From Polyangiales bacterium (lineage in GTDB: Bacteria; Myxococcota_A; Polyangia; Polyangiales; Ga0077539): a DNA stretch of 64,000 nt. This document shows, one piece after another, positions 28,192-38,512 of this stretch (its first letter is position 1; each line of letters starts with the position of its first letter). The stretch covers positions 512,001-576,000 of the forward strand of contig JBGARZ010000003.1 in the NCBI GenBank assembly GCA_044229975.1. Reading direction: 5' to 3'. The translations under genes were made by a program, and so were the position numbers. Below the pieces are notes generated by a model. The model had not been told where the DNA came from, did not search any database, and saw nothing but the letters and a program-made list of their open reading frames with translations.

Positions 28192-29730
28192 CTACTTTCG
28201 GATGCGCGCATGCTTCAACGAGCGCGTCGCGAAGAGGTCCCTCTCGTCGACGGCGACCGGCGGCGCAACCTCGACCCGCACCCCCGACAAGGGCTCACCT
28301 TCCCGGGTGAGAACGGGCTCGCCGGTGATGCGTTCCAGGCGTCGGAAGCCGCCGTGCCGCTGCGACGCGAGGCGCGCGACCGTCCTGCGCTCGGGCACCG
28401 TCAAGGGATCGAGAAGCGCCGCGAGCAGGCGCTCGAGACGCCCGATGACCGCCAGCGCCGCGTCGTCGTCCGACAGTTCGCCCGCCTCCGCGGCATGGGC
28501 GACGACCACGTCCCAACGCAGTTGCATGCCGTGGTCAGGGTCGCGGAGCGCCGTCAGCAGCGCCTCGTCGTAGGTCGCCGTCGCCGGGTCCGCCGTCGGC
28601 GCCTGGCCCGCGCGGTAGATGCCCTGCGGCGGCGGCTCGGCCTCCGTTGGCTCGGGCGCCACCTCCATCTCCGCGCGCAGACGCCGCGCGAGCTCGGCGG
28701 CGTCCCGTTGCTCGCGCGCTCGCTCGCCCTTCGCCTGGTCCCGCGCCCGGACGACCACGGCCTTCGCCTCGGCGACCCGGCGGCGAGCGGGCTCCACGTC
28801 CACTCCGACGGGGCGCGTCGTCCAGCGAAGCCACTGCGCGGAGGTGTCCTCGGAGCCGGGGCGGGCGTCGGCGAAGGCCCACGAGAGAACCCTGCCGAGC
28901 ACCATCGGCAGGGGGTAGATCACGACCGACGCGACCACCATCGGGATGACCCACAGCAGCCCGAGCACGAAGCGGCTCACCAGGTAGATGAAGGACTCGG
29001 TCTCGACGAGGCGGTACGAGAGACCCAGCGCAGCGATGACCCCGGTGGCGATCGCGGCGAGCCCCGTGAGGTGGGCCGTCAGCGCGGGCCGGGAGTGGTT
29101 GCCCCACAACGGATTGCCCCAGCGCACTGGGACCTTGCCCTCGCTCGTCTCGCGTTCGAGGTCGGCGCGGAGGACGAGCGCCACGGCGCCGCCGCCGATC
29201 ATCTGCGCCGCCGCCACGACGAACACATCGGCGATGCCCACCTGTGCCCAGAAGCCCTCGTCACCGATGGGCCGGGTCGGGCTGCCGGCGCCGAGCGCGT
29301 CGAGGGAGTACGCCGCGAGCGCGATGCCCACCGCGAGGTGAGTGAGCACCAGCACCGCCGCTGGAAAGTGGACCGAAGCCCCGAAGCGGCTGAGCGCCCG
29401 CGAGGTGTCGCGCAGCTCTTCGCTCGAAGGGGACTCCCGGGGAGAGGCGATCTCCAGCGCCAGCTCCAGCTCGGAGGTGACGCGGTGGAGAAAGGGGCGG
29501 GACTGGCTGTCCAGACGCAGCGCGACGAGGTCGGCGCGCAACGAGGGCTGCGTCGCGAGCCAGCGGAGCGCGTCGAGCGACGGGGCCTCGCAGGCGTAGC
29601 GGTGCAGGAGCGCGAGCGCGTCGTCGACGACGGACCCTTGGCCGCCTGCGACGAGCTTCTTGGAGGCTGCGACGGCGGTGACCGCGGCCGCAGCCCTGGG
29701 GCGTGTGATGGGAGAGGAGTCGTCGCTCAT
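28192..29730 (-). CDS. Hypothetical membrane protein
   Basis: 512-aa ORF with about 4 TM segments and a coiled-coil stretch; directly downstream of ftsZ. Confidence 0.6.
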   Translation of the reverse strand: MSDDSSPITRPRAAAAVTAVAASKKLVAGGQGSVVDDALALLHRYACEAPSLDALRWLATQPSLRADLVALRLDSQSRPFLHRVTSELELALEIASPRESPSSEELRDTSRALSRFGASVHFPAAVLVLTHLAVGIALAAYSLDALGAGSPTRPIGDEGFWAQVGIADVFVVAAAQMIGGGAVALVLRADLERETSEGKVPVRWGNPLWGNHSRPALTAHLTGLAAIATGVIAALGLSYRLVETESFIYLVSRFVLGLLWVIPMVVASVVIYPLPMVLGRVLSWAFADARPGSEDTSAQWLRWTTRPVGVDVEPARRRVAEAKAVVVRARDQAKGERAREQRDAAELARRLRAEMEVAPEPTEAEPPPQGIYRAGQAPTADPATATYDEALLTALRDPDHGMQLRWDVVVAHAAEAGELSDDDAALAVIGRLERLLAALLDPLTVPERRTVARLASQRHGGFRRLERITGEPVLTREGEPLSGVRVEVAPPVAVDERDLFATRSLKHARIRK

Positions 29731-29778
29731 CGTCGGGTCCGTCTGCGACGGGCGGCGCGAGCGTAACGCGGGAGAGAG

Positions 29779-31035
<1,257 letters not shown>

Positions 31036-31143
31036 GTGATCCTCCCGATGCTGCGAATACTCCCCAGAGCGCACGTCCGCGCGCAGGGAGTACCGCTGTT
31101 GTCGCGACGCGATGCCGTCCAAGCACGCGCCGCGGATGTGCCT

Positions 31144-32439
31144 TCAGAACACTTCGCTCAGCCAGCCTCGAAACTTGCCGAACAAACTCTCGCCGCCCGC
31201 CGCCGCCTGGGCGCGAGCTTCCGCCGGGGCGCTCGCCTTCACGGGGCCCTGGTAGGTCCCCGCCGTCGACGGCACCGCGATGCGCGCGGGCCGGGCCGCG
31301 CCGTACTTCACGAGGCCCACCGCCGTCGCCATCGCGGGGCTGCGGACCATCTCCACCATTCCCCCGACACCCGTCGGAACGCCGCGGCGCACCGGCAACT
31401 GCAACACCTGCTCGGCGAGCTCGACGCTGCCTTCGAGCAACGACCCGCCGCCGCACAGCACGACGCCGGCGTTCAGACGGTCGATCATGCCGCTGTTGTG
31501 CAGAGCCTGCGCGATGCAGCCGAACAGCTCTTCCATGCGCGGCTCGGCGATGGAGGCGAGGTACTCGCGGGAGAGCGTTCGCGAGGGGCGGCCGCCGACG
31601 CCAGGGACTTCGAGGGTCTCCTCGGGGTCGACCATCGAGCGCATCGCGCAGCCGTAGCGAACCTTCAGCCGCTCGGCCTCGCTCGCGGGCGTACGCAGCC
31701 CCGCGGCGATGTCGGTGGTGAGGTTTTCGCCGCCCACCGGGATGACCCCGGTGTGGCGCAGCGAGCCGTCGGCGTAGATGACCACGTCCGTCGAGCCGCC
31801 GCCGATGTCGATGAGGGCGACGCCGATCTCCTTCTCGTCCTCGGTGAGCACGGCCTCGGCGCTCGCGAGCGGCGTCAACACCAGCTCGGCGACGTGGAGG
31901 TTGCAGCGCTCGATGCACTTGGTGACGTTCTGCACGCTCGACACGGCGGCCGTGACGAGGTGAACGCGCGCCTCGATGCGCACCCCACTCATACCCACGG
32001 GCTCGCGAACGCCGTCCTGCTGGTCGATGACGAAGTCCTGCGGAAGGACGTGGATGACCGTGCGGTCGAGCGGCATCGAGATGCGCCGCGCCTGGTCGAG
32101 CACGCGGTCGACGTCCTCGCGCGAGCACTCGTGGTTGGCGATGGAGACGATGCCGTGGGAGTTCACGCCCCGCAGGTGCGAGCCCGCGATGCCCGAAAAC
32201 ACCGTGGCGATCTGCACGCCGGCCATCATGCTGGCCTTGTCCACCGCCTCGCGGATGGACTGCTGCGTGCTCTCGATGTTGACGACCACGCCCTTGCGCA
32301 TGCCGCGCGAGCGGGACTCACCGACGCCGGTGACGTCCACGCCATCGGCGCCGACCTCGCCGACCACCGCGCGGACGGTGGTGCTGCCGATGTCGAGGCC
32401 GACGATGATCTCACCGGGCTTTGCCGAGGGGCGTTCCAT
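31144..32439 (-). CDS. ftsA: Cell division protein FtsA
   Basis: VGLDIGST, GMRKGVVVNIE, IDIGGGSTD, AERLKVRYG, amphipathic C-terminus FGKFRGWLSEVF. Confidence 0.98.
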   Translation of the reverse strand: MERPSAKPGEIIVGLDIGSTTVRAVVGEVGADGVDVTGVGESRSRGMRKGVVVNIESTQQSIREAVDKASMMAGVQIATVFSGIAGSHLRGVNSHGIVSIANHECSREDVDRVLDQARRISMPLDRTVIHVLPQDFVIDQQDGVREPVGMSGVRIEARVHLVTAAVSSVQNVTKCIERCNLHVAELVLTPLASAEAVLTEDEKEIGVALIDIGGGSTDVVIYADGSLRHTGVIPVGGENLTTDIAAGLRTPASEAERLKVRYGCAMRSMVDPEETLEVPGVGGRPSRTLSREYLASIAEPRMEELFGCIAQALHNSGMIDRLNAGVVLCGGGSLLEGSVELAEQVLQLPVRRGVPTGVGGMVEMVRSPAMATAVGLVKYGAARPARIAVPSTAGTYQGPVKASAPAEARAQAAAGGESLFGKFRGWLSEVF

Positions 32440-32547
32440 GACGTCACCGCCCTTGCCACACCCCGAAACGCCTCCACAAAATTCCTGCACACATCTCTCC
32501 CGTTGTCGCGTTGCGTGGGCCCTCCCGAAATCAGATGCTCCGCCGCG

Positions 32548-33243
32548 ATGAACGCCCGCCGCCCAGCCTCCGGCCTCTTCATCACGCGCGCGAGGTGGGC
32601 CGCGCTGGTGCTGACGATCCCCGTCGGGGCGAGCGCCCAGGTCATCGCTCCGACGGAGGTGACCCTCGCGTCGCCCCCGGTCGGTCGTCCGCCGCGCGCG
32701 GGCCGCTTCGCGCTGAGCGTGTCGCTGGGCCCGGCCGGGTTTCGCGCGGGCTTCTCGGGCGCGACGGGGAGCGCATCAGTCGCGGGCGCGGCCGCGGTGG
32801 GATCCGTGCGCGCGAGCGTGTGGCTGAGCGAATCCATCGCCGTGCAGGTCGGCGCGGCAGGCGGCATCGCGGTCGCCCCGGCGATGTCCACGGACGTGCC
32901 CAACCTCCAATTGGAGAGCGCCGTCGGCTTCCATCTGGTCGGCGGCGGCCTGGTGATCGGGTCGCGGGGGGAAGGCGTGCGCGTGTCGCTGCTGGGCGGC
33001 GTCGCGTGGTCCTGGGCGGTGTTCGGCAGCCGGGCCGCCAACCGTGGTGGCGCCGAGCCCGGCGGCGGGGCCTTCGTGGAGGTGAGCCACCACTGGCTCA
33101 TCGGCGCGGGCTGGACGTTGGGCCTCGGCGCCGTCGGGTGGGGCCTCGGAGGCGGCGGCACCTGGCTCGACTCCTCGACCTCGTCCGACACCCGCTGGAG
33201 TCACTTCGGCGGCGGGCTCCTCGCGACGGTGGCGACGCGATGA
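32548..33243 (+). CDS. Secreted protein, probable small outer-membrane beta-barrel
   Basis: Signal peptide (ASA-Q); alternating Gly/aromatic beta-strand segments; ATGA overlap with the next gene. Confidence 0.55.
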   Translation: MNARRPASGLFITRARWAALVLTIPVGASAQVIAPTEVTLASPPVGRPPRAGRFALSVSLGPAGFRAGFSGATGSASVAGAAAVGSVRASVWLSESIAVQVGAAGGIAVAPAMSTDVPNLQLESAVGFHLVGGGLVIGSRGEGVRVSLLGGVAWSWAVFGSRAANRGGAEPGGGAFVEVSHHWLIGAGWTLGLGAVGWGLGGGGTWLDSSTSSDTRWSHFGGGLLATVATR

Positions 33244-33944
33244 AGCGGTCGACCTTCGTCGTCGCGTGCGCCGTCATCGCGCTGAGCGGCGAGGCTCGGG
33301 CCCAGACCAGCGACCCTGCGTTTGCGGAGGCACGCGCCCGCTTCGAGGAGGCCGTGACCGCCGTGCGAGCGGGGCGCCCGGCCGACGCAGTGGCCCTCTT
33401 CGAGCGCTCGTACGCAGCGCGGGCAGCGCCGGTGGTGGCCGTAAACCTCGCGTATTGTCTGAGGGGTCTGGGGCGCTTCGGCGACGCCCGCAGGTGGTAC
33501 GTGAGGTTCCTTGAGACGGCGACGCCGGAGGACCTGGCGCGGCACGAGACGACGGTGCGTACCCACCTCGCCGAGGTGTCGCAACGGTTGGCGCAGGTGA
33601 CGTTGGGCGATCGCGCTCCAAGCACCGCGAGCGTGATGCTCGGGGGATTGCCGCTGGGCGCCGACACCCGCTGGGTCGAACCCGGTCGACACGACGCGAC
33701 GGCCGACGCGCCAGGTCACGTCCCCGCGGTGGTCAGCTTCGTGGTGCGCGAGGGCGAGGTCGTGCGCCTGTCGACGCAGCTCGCGGCGCGGCCCGCGGCG
33801 ACGCCCATCACGGAGCGCTGGTGGTTCTGGACGGCCATCGGGGTCGCCGTGGCAGGAGCGGCAGTCGCGGTGCTGGTGCCGGCGCTGGAGCCCGACCGCT
33901 CGCAGCCGCCGGGCGTGTTGGTGGTCCGGACGGGATTGCCATGA
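33240..33944 (+). CDS. TPR + PEGA-like domain protein
   Basis: Signal peptide; ARARFEEA..AVALFERSY, NLAYCLRGLGRF..ARRWY TPR; VEPGRH..APGH PEGA-like; ERWWFWTAIG TM motif. Confidence 0.8.
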   Translation: MKRSTFVVACAVIALSGEARAQTSDPAFAEARARFEEAVTAVRAGRPADAVALFERSYAARAAPVVAVNLAYCLRGLGRFGDARRWYVRFLETATPEDLARHETTVRTHLAEVSQRLAQVTLGDRAPSTASVMLGGLPLGADTRWVEPGRHDATADAPGHVPAVVSFVVREGEVVRLSTQLAARPAATPITERWWFWTAIGVAVAGAAVAVLVPALEPDRSQPPGVLVVRTGLP

Positions 33945-36043
33945 GGTCGTGGCGCGCAGCGATGGCGGCCATGGTCGCGTTGGCGTCGACGGGCTGTGAG
34001 CTCTCGCCGCGGCTCTACCTCACGGTGCGAACCGAAGCGGGCTCCCTGGTCCGCCATGTGAAGGTGCGCGTGTTCTCGCCATCGGGCACCGAAGTGGCCA
34101 TCGGCGGTGGAACGGTCGACTGGGACATCAGCCCGTCGCGCCCCTTGGAGATGGGACTGCGAGCGGGCGTCGGCGGCGAGCGGGTGCGGGTCATCGTCGA
34201 GGGCACCGACGGCAGCGGCGCCCCACCCATCGCGCGTCAGGAGTGGGTGACCAGCATGCCGTCGGAGGGAGCGGGCTACCTCCAGATCGTGCTCTGGAAC
34301 ATCTGCCAGACCATCGACTGCCCCGCCGGGACGACGTGTTCGTCGAGCGGCGCGTGCATCGGCAACACGGTGACGACCGACCCGAAGGGTGGCTCCGACG
34401 GCGGCGCGGGCTTCTGCCCGGAGGTGAGCACCGGAACTTGTCAGCCGGTCGGTGACGCCACGCTGCGGGAGGCCGGCACCGACGCAGGTGTCGCGACGGA
34501 TGCGCCCGCGATGGACGTCCCGCCCATGGATGTCCCCGCGATGGATGTTCCGCGCACGGACGTCGGCGGCCTCGATGCCCCTCGCGATGACGGCCCATCG
34601 ATCATCGATGCGGGCACCGATACCAGCGACGTGATCTCTCCGACCGACACCCGAGATGCGGGCTTCCCCGCCGACGTTCCCACCGACCTCCCCGTGGACG
34701 TCCCGGTCGACACTCCCCCAACCTGCCCGTCGTGGTCTCCCACCCCGCGGACCGGTTGGACGTCCTGCGCGGGCGGCGGCTCGTGCCCGACCCTGTGTGG
34801 CGCCGGCTCGACCTGCATCCAGGTCGAACGCGTGTCCCTCGGCCGCGACCACGGGTGCGCCCTCCGCTCTGACGGTCAGGTCTCCTGCTGGGGCGACCAC
34901 CAGATCGGTCGCCTCGGTGACGGCACCGTGGACGCCGGCCCGACTGCCATTCCGGTGGGCGTCATCCGTGCCTTCTCGGGAGTGGCGCTGACCTCTGTCG
35001 CCGCGCTCGGCGCCGGCTACGACGGAACCTGCGCCGTCGATCGGGCGGGCGAGCTCACCTGCTGGGGCTCGCTCAGCGCCGATCCCCTGGCGACCGATTA
35101 CAACCCCGGGTACTCGGCCGACTCCGCGCGACGCCTGCTCCGCGCCGACGCGGGCGCCGCGGCCAATGTCTTCGCGGGCGTCGGGACCCACGTCGCCCTC
35201 ACCTGCGCCATCGTCCGCGGCACCGGTGGTGTGCGATGCAGCTCGTGGGTTCGCTTTCTCCCCGACGGCACCGATGAGGTCATCGTGAGCCCGCGCGACT
35301 ACCCCACCTTCGACGTCGTCCGGAGCGACACCGGAGCGCCGCTCGCGGGTGCGGTGGAGGTCGGCGTCGGCATCTACCACGCGTGCGCGCGCCTCACGGA
35401 CGGAACGGTGTGGTGCTGGGGCTCCAACCAGTACGGCCAGCTCGGCGTACCGACGCTGGGTGACGGTGGTGGCCTCGGCGCGTCGCTCGCCGCGCAGCGG
35501 GTGGTGGGCCTCGCGGGTGTGACGTCCTTCGGCATCGGCGACTTCTTCGGCTGCGCCATCTCCACGGCGGGCCTGCGCTGTTGGGGCAACGGGAGCCTCG
35601 GGCGCGTGGGCGGTTACCGCGGCGTCGTCGATTGCCCCAACGGCAACGTGTGCACGGCGGTTCCGGTGGCGGTCGAGGGCCTCGACGAGATCGTGCGCGC
35701 CGCGGGGAGCCCGGTCGAGCAGGTGACGGCGGGCGCCGAGCAGGCGTGCGTGCGGCTGCGCGCGGGCCAGGTGTGGTGCTGGGGTCACAACGACGTCGGA
35801 CAGCTCGGGCTGCCCACGACGGGCCCAGGTCGCGTGGACGATCGCGGGGGCGTGATGGGAGCGGCGGTGTTCGTGGGTGCGGACGACGTGGTGACCAGCG
35901 GAGGCGGCGGGGGACAGGCCCGGAGCTGGACCTGCGCGCGGCGACACAGCGACTGCACCTGGTGGTGTTGGGGGCGTATCCCCGGAGAGGTCACACCGCC
36001 CGCCGACCTCGGGACGCCGCGCCTGCTTCGCTGGGGCCCCTGA
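33941..36043 (+). CDS. Lipoprotein with RCC1/BLIP-II repeat beta-propeller
   Basis: STGC lipobox; MDVP linker; repeats GRDHGCALRSDGQVSCWG, GIYHACARLTDGTVWCWGSNQYGQLG, VWCWGHNDVGQLG. Confidence 0.88.
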   Translation: MRSWRAAMAAMVALASTGCELSPRLYLTVRTEAGSLVRHVKVRVFSPSGTEVAIGGGTVDWDISPSRPLEMGLRAGVGGERVRVIVEGTDGSGAPPIARQEWVTSMPSEGAGYLQIVLWNICQTIDCPAGTTCSSSGACIGNTVTTDPKGGSDGGAGFCPEVSTGTCQPVGDATLREAGTDAGVATDAPAMDVPPMDVPAMDVPRTDVGGLDAPRDDGPSIIDAGTDTSDVISPTDTRDAGFPADVPTDLPVDVPVDTPPTCPSWSPTPRTGWTSCAGGGSCPTLCGAGSTCIQVERVSLGRDHGCALRSDGQVSCWGDHQIGRLGDGTVDAGPTAIPVGVIRAFSGVALTSVAALGAGYDGTCAVDRAGELTCWGSLSADPLATDYNPGYSADSARRLLRADAGAAANVFAGVGTHVALTCAIVRGTGGVRCSSWVRFLPDGTDEVIVSPRDYPTFDVVRSDTGAPLAGAVEVGVGIYHACARLTDGTVWCWGSNQYGQLGVPTLGDGGGLGASLAAQRVVGLAGVTSFGIGDFFGCAISTAGLRCWGNGSLGRVGGYRGVVDCPNGNVCTAVPVAVEGLDEIVRAAGSPVEQVTAGAEQACVRLRAGQVWCWGHNDVGQLGLPTTGPGRVDDRGGVMGAAVFVGADDVVTSGGGGGQARSWTCARRHSDCTWWCWGRIPGEVTPPADLGTPRLLRWGP

Positions 36044-36044
36044 C

Positions 36045-37469
36045 TCAGCGGTACTGCGGGTCGATGCCGACGCCGAGCGGCGACACCGGCGGAGCGACGA
36101 CGGGCACGGGCGTCACGACGGGCACTGCGATGGGGGCAGTCGGCGGCGTTGCGACGACGGCAGCGCGGAGGCCGGCATCGACGACGGGCGACGGGCGCGA
36201 CCCGCCATGGGAGCTCGGAGTGCGCGGTGATGCGTGCACCGCGAGCGGAGGCGTCGGCTGTGGCGCGGGTGGCGGCGCGACGACCGGCGACGGTGCGGGC
36301 GGAGCGACGACGGCGATGGGGGCCCTGCGCGTCACCGGCGTCGAGAGGCGCACCACCGGGCGAGGCGGCGCGCGGGTCGCGACGAGGGTGGCGGCCACCG
36401 CGACGACGCCGAACGCGGCGAAGGCGACGAGCGGCCAGCGCGAGCGTCGGGGTGCGATGCGCGGGCGCTCGGGGTCGGACTCCGTCGAGCGCAGCGTCAC
36501 CTGACTGATGGCCGGAGAGGTGCGATCGAAGGCGGCCGACGGCGCGACCTCCAGCGGAGCGACCTCGGTCGACGGCGGGAGTGAGCGCAGGGCCTCTTCG
36601 CACGCAGCGATGAGCGCTCGCACCGACGACGGGCGGCGCGCCGGGTCTTTGAGCAGGCAGCTCATGATGGTCGCGGTGAGCGCTGGCGGCAGCGTCGGCA
36701 CACGCGCATCGAGCGGCACCGGGGCCTCGGTGCTAACGGCGATGGCGACCGCGCCCACCGTGGCTCCCGTGAAGGGCAGCACCCCCGACAGCAGCTCGTA
36801 GAGCATCACGCCGCACGACCAGATGTCGGAGTGGGGCGTGACCGAGCGCGGGTCGCGAAACTGCTCCGGGGACATGTACGCGGGCGACCCGAGCGTGACC
36901 GTCGAGCCGGTGATGCGCGGATTGCCCGAGCGCGCCTCGTCGATGGCCGCGAGCCCGAAGTCGAGCAGGCGCGGCGACCACCCGGAGCCCTGTCGTACGA
37001 GGAAGACGTTGCCGGGCTTGAGGTCGCGGTGGAGGATGCCTGCCTCGTGCAGCGAAGCGAGCGCGTCGAGCGCCGGGATCATCAACGGCAACAGCTCGCG
37101 CGCCGGGACGACGCCGCGCCACGAGTCGGCGTAGGCGTCGAGGTCGACCCCGTCGAGGTACTCCTGCACGAGGTACGGGAGGCCGCGACCGTCGACCCCG
37201 ACGTCCTCGATGCGAACGATGTTGGGGTGCACCACGCGGCTCGCGGCCTGCCCCTCGCGCAGCACCCGACGAACGCTCCCCGCGTTGAGGGCGTGCTCGG
37301 GGCGAAGCAGCTTGATGGCGACGGTTCGCCCGAGGGCGATGTGCACCGCGCGGTACACCTCGCCCATGCCGCCGCCACCGAGGCGATCGGTGAGGCGCCA
37401 GCGCTCGCCGAGCACCTCACCGACGCGGGAGGGCCCGTGGTCGAAGTCTTGTTCGTCGACGGAAGGCAT
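36045..37469 (-). CDS. Membrane-anchored Hanks-type Ser/Thr protein kinase
   Basis: LGGGGMGEVY, VAIK, HRDLKPGN, DFG, GSPAYMSPEQ, DIWSCG; TM segment and Pro-rich tail. Confidence 0.96.
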   Translation of the reverse strand: MPSVDEQDFDHGPSRVGEVLGERWRLTDRLGGGGMGEVYRAVHIALGRTVAIKLLRPEHALNAGSVRRVLREGQAASRVVHPNIVRIEDVGVDGRGLPYLVQEYLDGVDLDAYADSWRGVVPARELLPLMIPALDALASLHEAGILHRDLKPGNVFLVRQGSGWSPRLLDFGLAAIDEARSGNPRITGSTVTLGSPAYMSPEQFRDPRSVTPHSDIWSCGVMLYELLSGVLPFTGATVGAVAIAVSTEAPVPLDARVPTLPPALTATIMSCLLKDPARRPSSVRALIAACEEALRSLPPSTEVAPLEVAPSAAFDRTSPAISQVTLRSTESDPERPRIAPRRSRWPLVAFAAFGVVAVAATLVATRAPPRPVVRLSTPVTRRAPIAVVAPPAPSPVVAPPPAPQPTPPLAVHASPRTPSSHGGSRPSPVVDAGLRAAVVATPPTAPIAVPVVTPVPVVAPPVSPLGVGIDPQYR

Positions 37470-37501
37470 GGACCGGGCGGAGTGAACGGGCGCACGGCCC
37501 G

Positions 37502-37519
37502 GTTGGTCAAGCGGCGCGG
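37502..37519. repeat. 18-bp direct repeat copy 1 (gttggtcaagcggcgcgg)
   Basis: 17/18 identical to 38495..38512. Confidence 0.75.
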
Positions 37520-37537
37520 ATGCGGCTGGAGTTCGGA

Positions 37538-37762
37538 GTCAGCGCGGCCCGAACCGCTTCCGTTGGCTTAGGGCCAGACCCGTCGAGGCCCGTTCCGTTT
37601 CCGGGGCGGACCCAGTGGGTGCGCCTCCTCTAGCGGGCGAGTGTCGCGTCCCAGGTTGAAGCCCATTGTCCGGAGTTGAGAATCCGCGTCGCCCACGCCG
37701 GAGTTCACCGTGCCTTCCCCGCGCTCGTCGCGCTCGGTTCACTCCGGGCTATTTCACGCGGA
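37538..37762 (+). mobile_element. Putative non-autonomous IS110-family remnant (non-coding left-end/bridge-RNA-like region, RBS and GTG, no recombinase)
   Basis: Blocks gaaccgcttccgttggc, cccagtgggtgcg, ctctagcggg, ggttgaagccc, ggagttgagaa..cgcccac resemble, from recall only, the leaders upstream of IS110 recombinase genes; ggag at 37700 then GTG at 37710; boundaries uncertain. Confidence 0.45.
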
Positions 37763-37931
37763 TCGCCCCGCCCGAAGCGGGGCTCAGGCGGCTCGCCATG
37801 GGATGGTGGGGCCCATGATCGGATTCACGGAGCCCCGCTTCGGGCGGGGCGATCCGCGTGAAATAGCCCGGAGCGAACCGAGCGCGACGAACGCGGGGAA
37901 GGCACGGTGAACTCCGGCGTGGGCGACGCGG
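37684..37931. repeat. Long inverted repeat: 102-bp arms, 44-bp spacer
   Basis: 37684..37785 versus 37830..37931 reverse-complement with 2 mismatches. Confidence 0.95.
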
Positions 37932-38053
37932 GTGTGCTCGTCTGGCGGGCGTCAAAGAGTCGGTGTCCTGACTCGGACACTACCCGGGCGAGCTGGCGCT
38001 TGGCGCTCTCCGGGAGACTTTCGATCATCGATTCCACGGAGCCCACCGACGAA

Positions 38054-38419
38054 ATGCCCACCAATCTACGAGCCTCGCGGAGCATCGGCTGGGCGTTCGT
38101 GCTCGTGGGCTGCGCGTCCCAGCCGGGGCCATCTGGTGACATGCACGACGCGACCACGGGCGATGCAGTTGTCACCTCGGACTCTCAGGTCAATAGCGAC
38201 GACGCCCTGACTAGCGGTTGCAACTTCGGGACACCCGCCTGCGAGTGCACCCTCGTCTGCCCCGACCATGTCTACGGTTTTCGGTGCAACGGTTCGAGCT
38301 GCGTCTGCACGACCGACGGCCGCACGACGACCACCAGCCCTCAGGCGGCAGCGTGCTTACGAGCGAGCGCACGCGATACCATCGTCTTTCACTGTCAGGT
38401 GGCCGCCTGCGCCCAGTGA
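38054..38419 (+). CDS. Small Cys-rich lipoprotein, atypical codon usage
   Basis: VLVGC lipobox; CECTLVC..FRCNGSSCVCTTDG; more A/T third positions than neighbouring genes. Confidence 0.6.
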   Translation: MPTNLRASRSIGWAFVLVGCASQPGPSGDMHDATTGDAVVTSDSQVNSDDALTSGCNFGTPACECTLVCPDHVYGFRCNGSSCVCTTDGRTTTTSPQAAACLRASARDTIVFHCQVAACAQ

Positions 38420-38494
38420 CGCTCTTCAACGGCGGTCCAACGTTGGAACCTCGGTCGCTGGCAATCGGTCGATCACCGCGACGAACTCGGTGAA

Positions 38495-38512
38495 GTTAGT
38501 CAAGCGGCGCGG
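38495..38512. repeat. 18-bp direct repeat copy 2 (gttagtcaagcggcgcgg), abutting the ftsQ stop
   Basis: 17/18 identical to 37502..37519. Confidence 0.75.

Noticed and set aside
37676..37955. Small ORFs inside the long inverted repeat
   Set aside because: They are mirror-image peptides generated by the palindrome, with no coding signal beyond the RBS-GTG discussed in the findings.
38420..38501. Integron attC site after the small lipoprotein gene
   Set aside because: GTCCAAC and GTTAGTC resemble R boxes and there is an inner hairpin, but the L boxes do not pair convincingly and no integrase is present; an IntegronFinder run would settle it.
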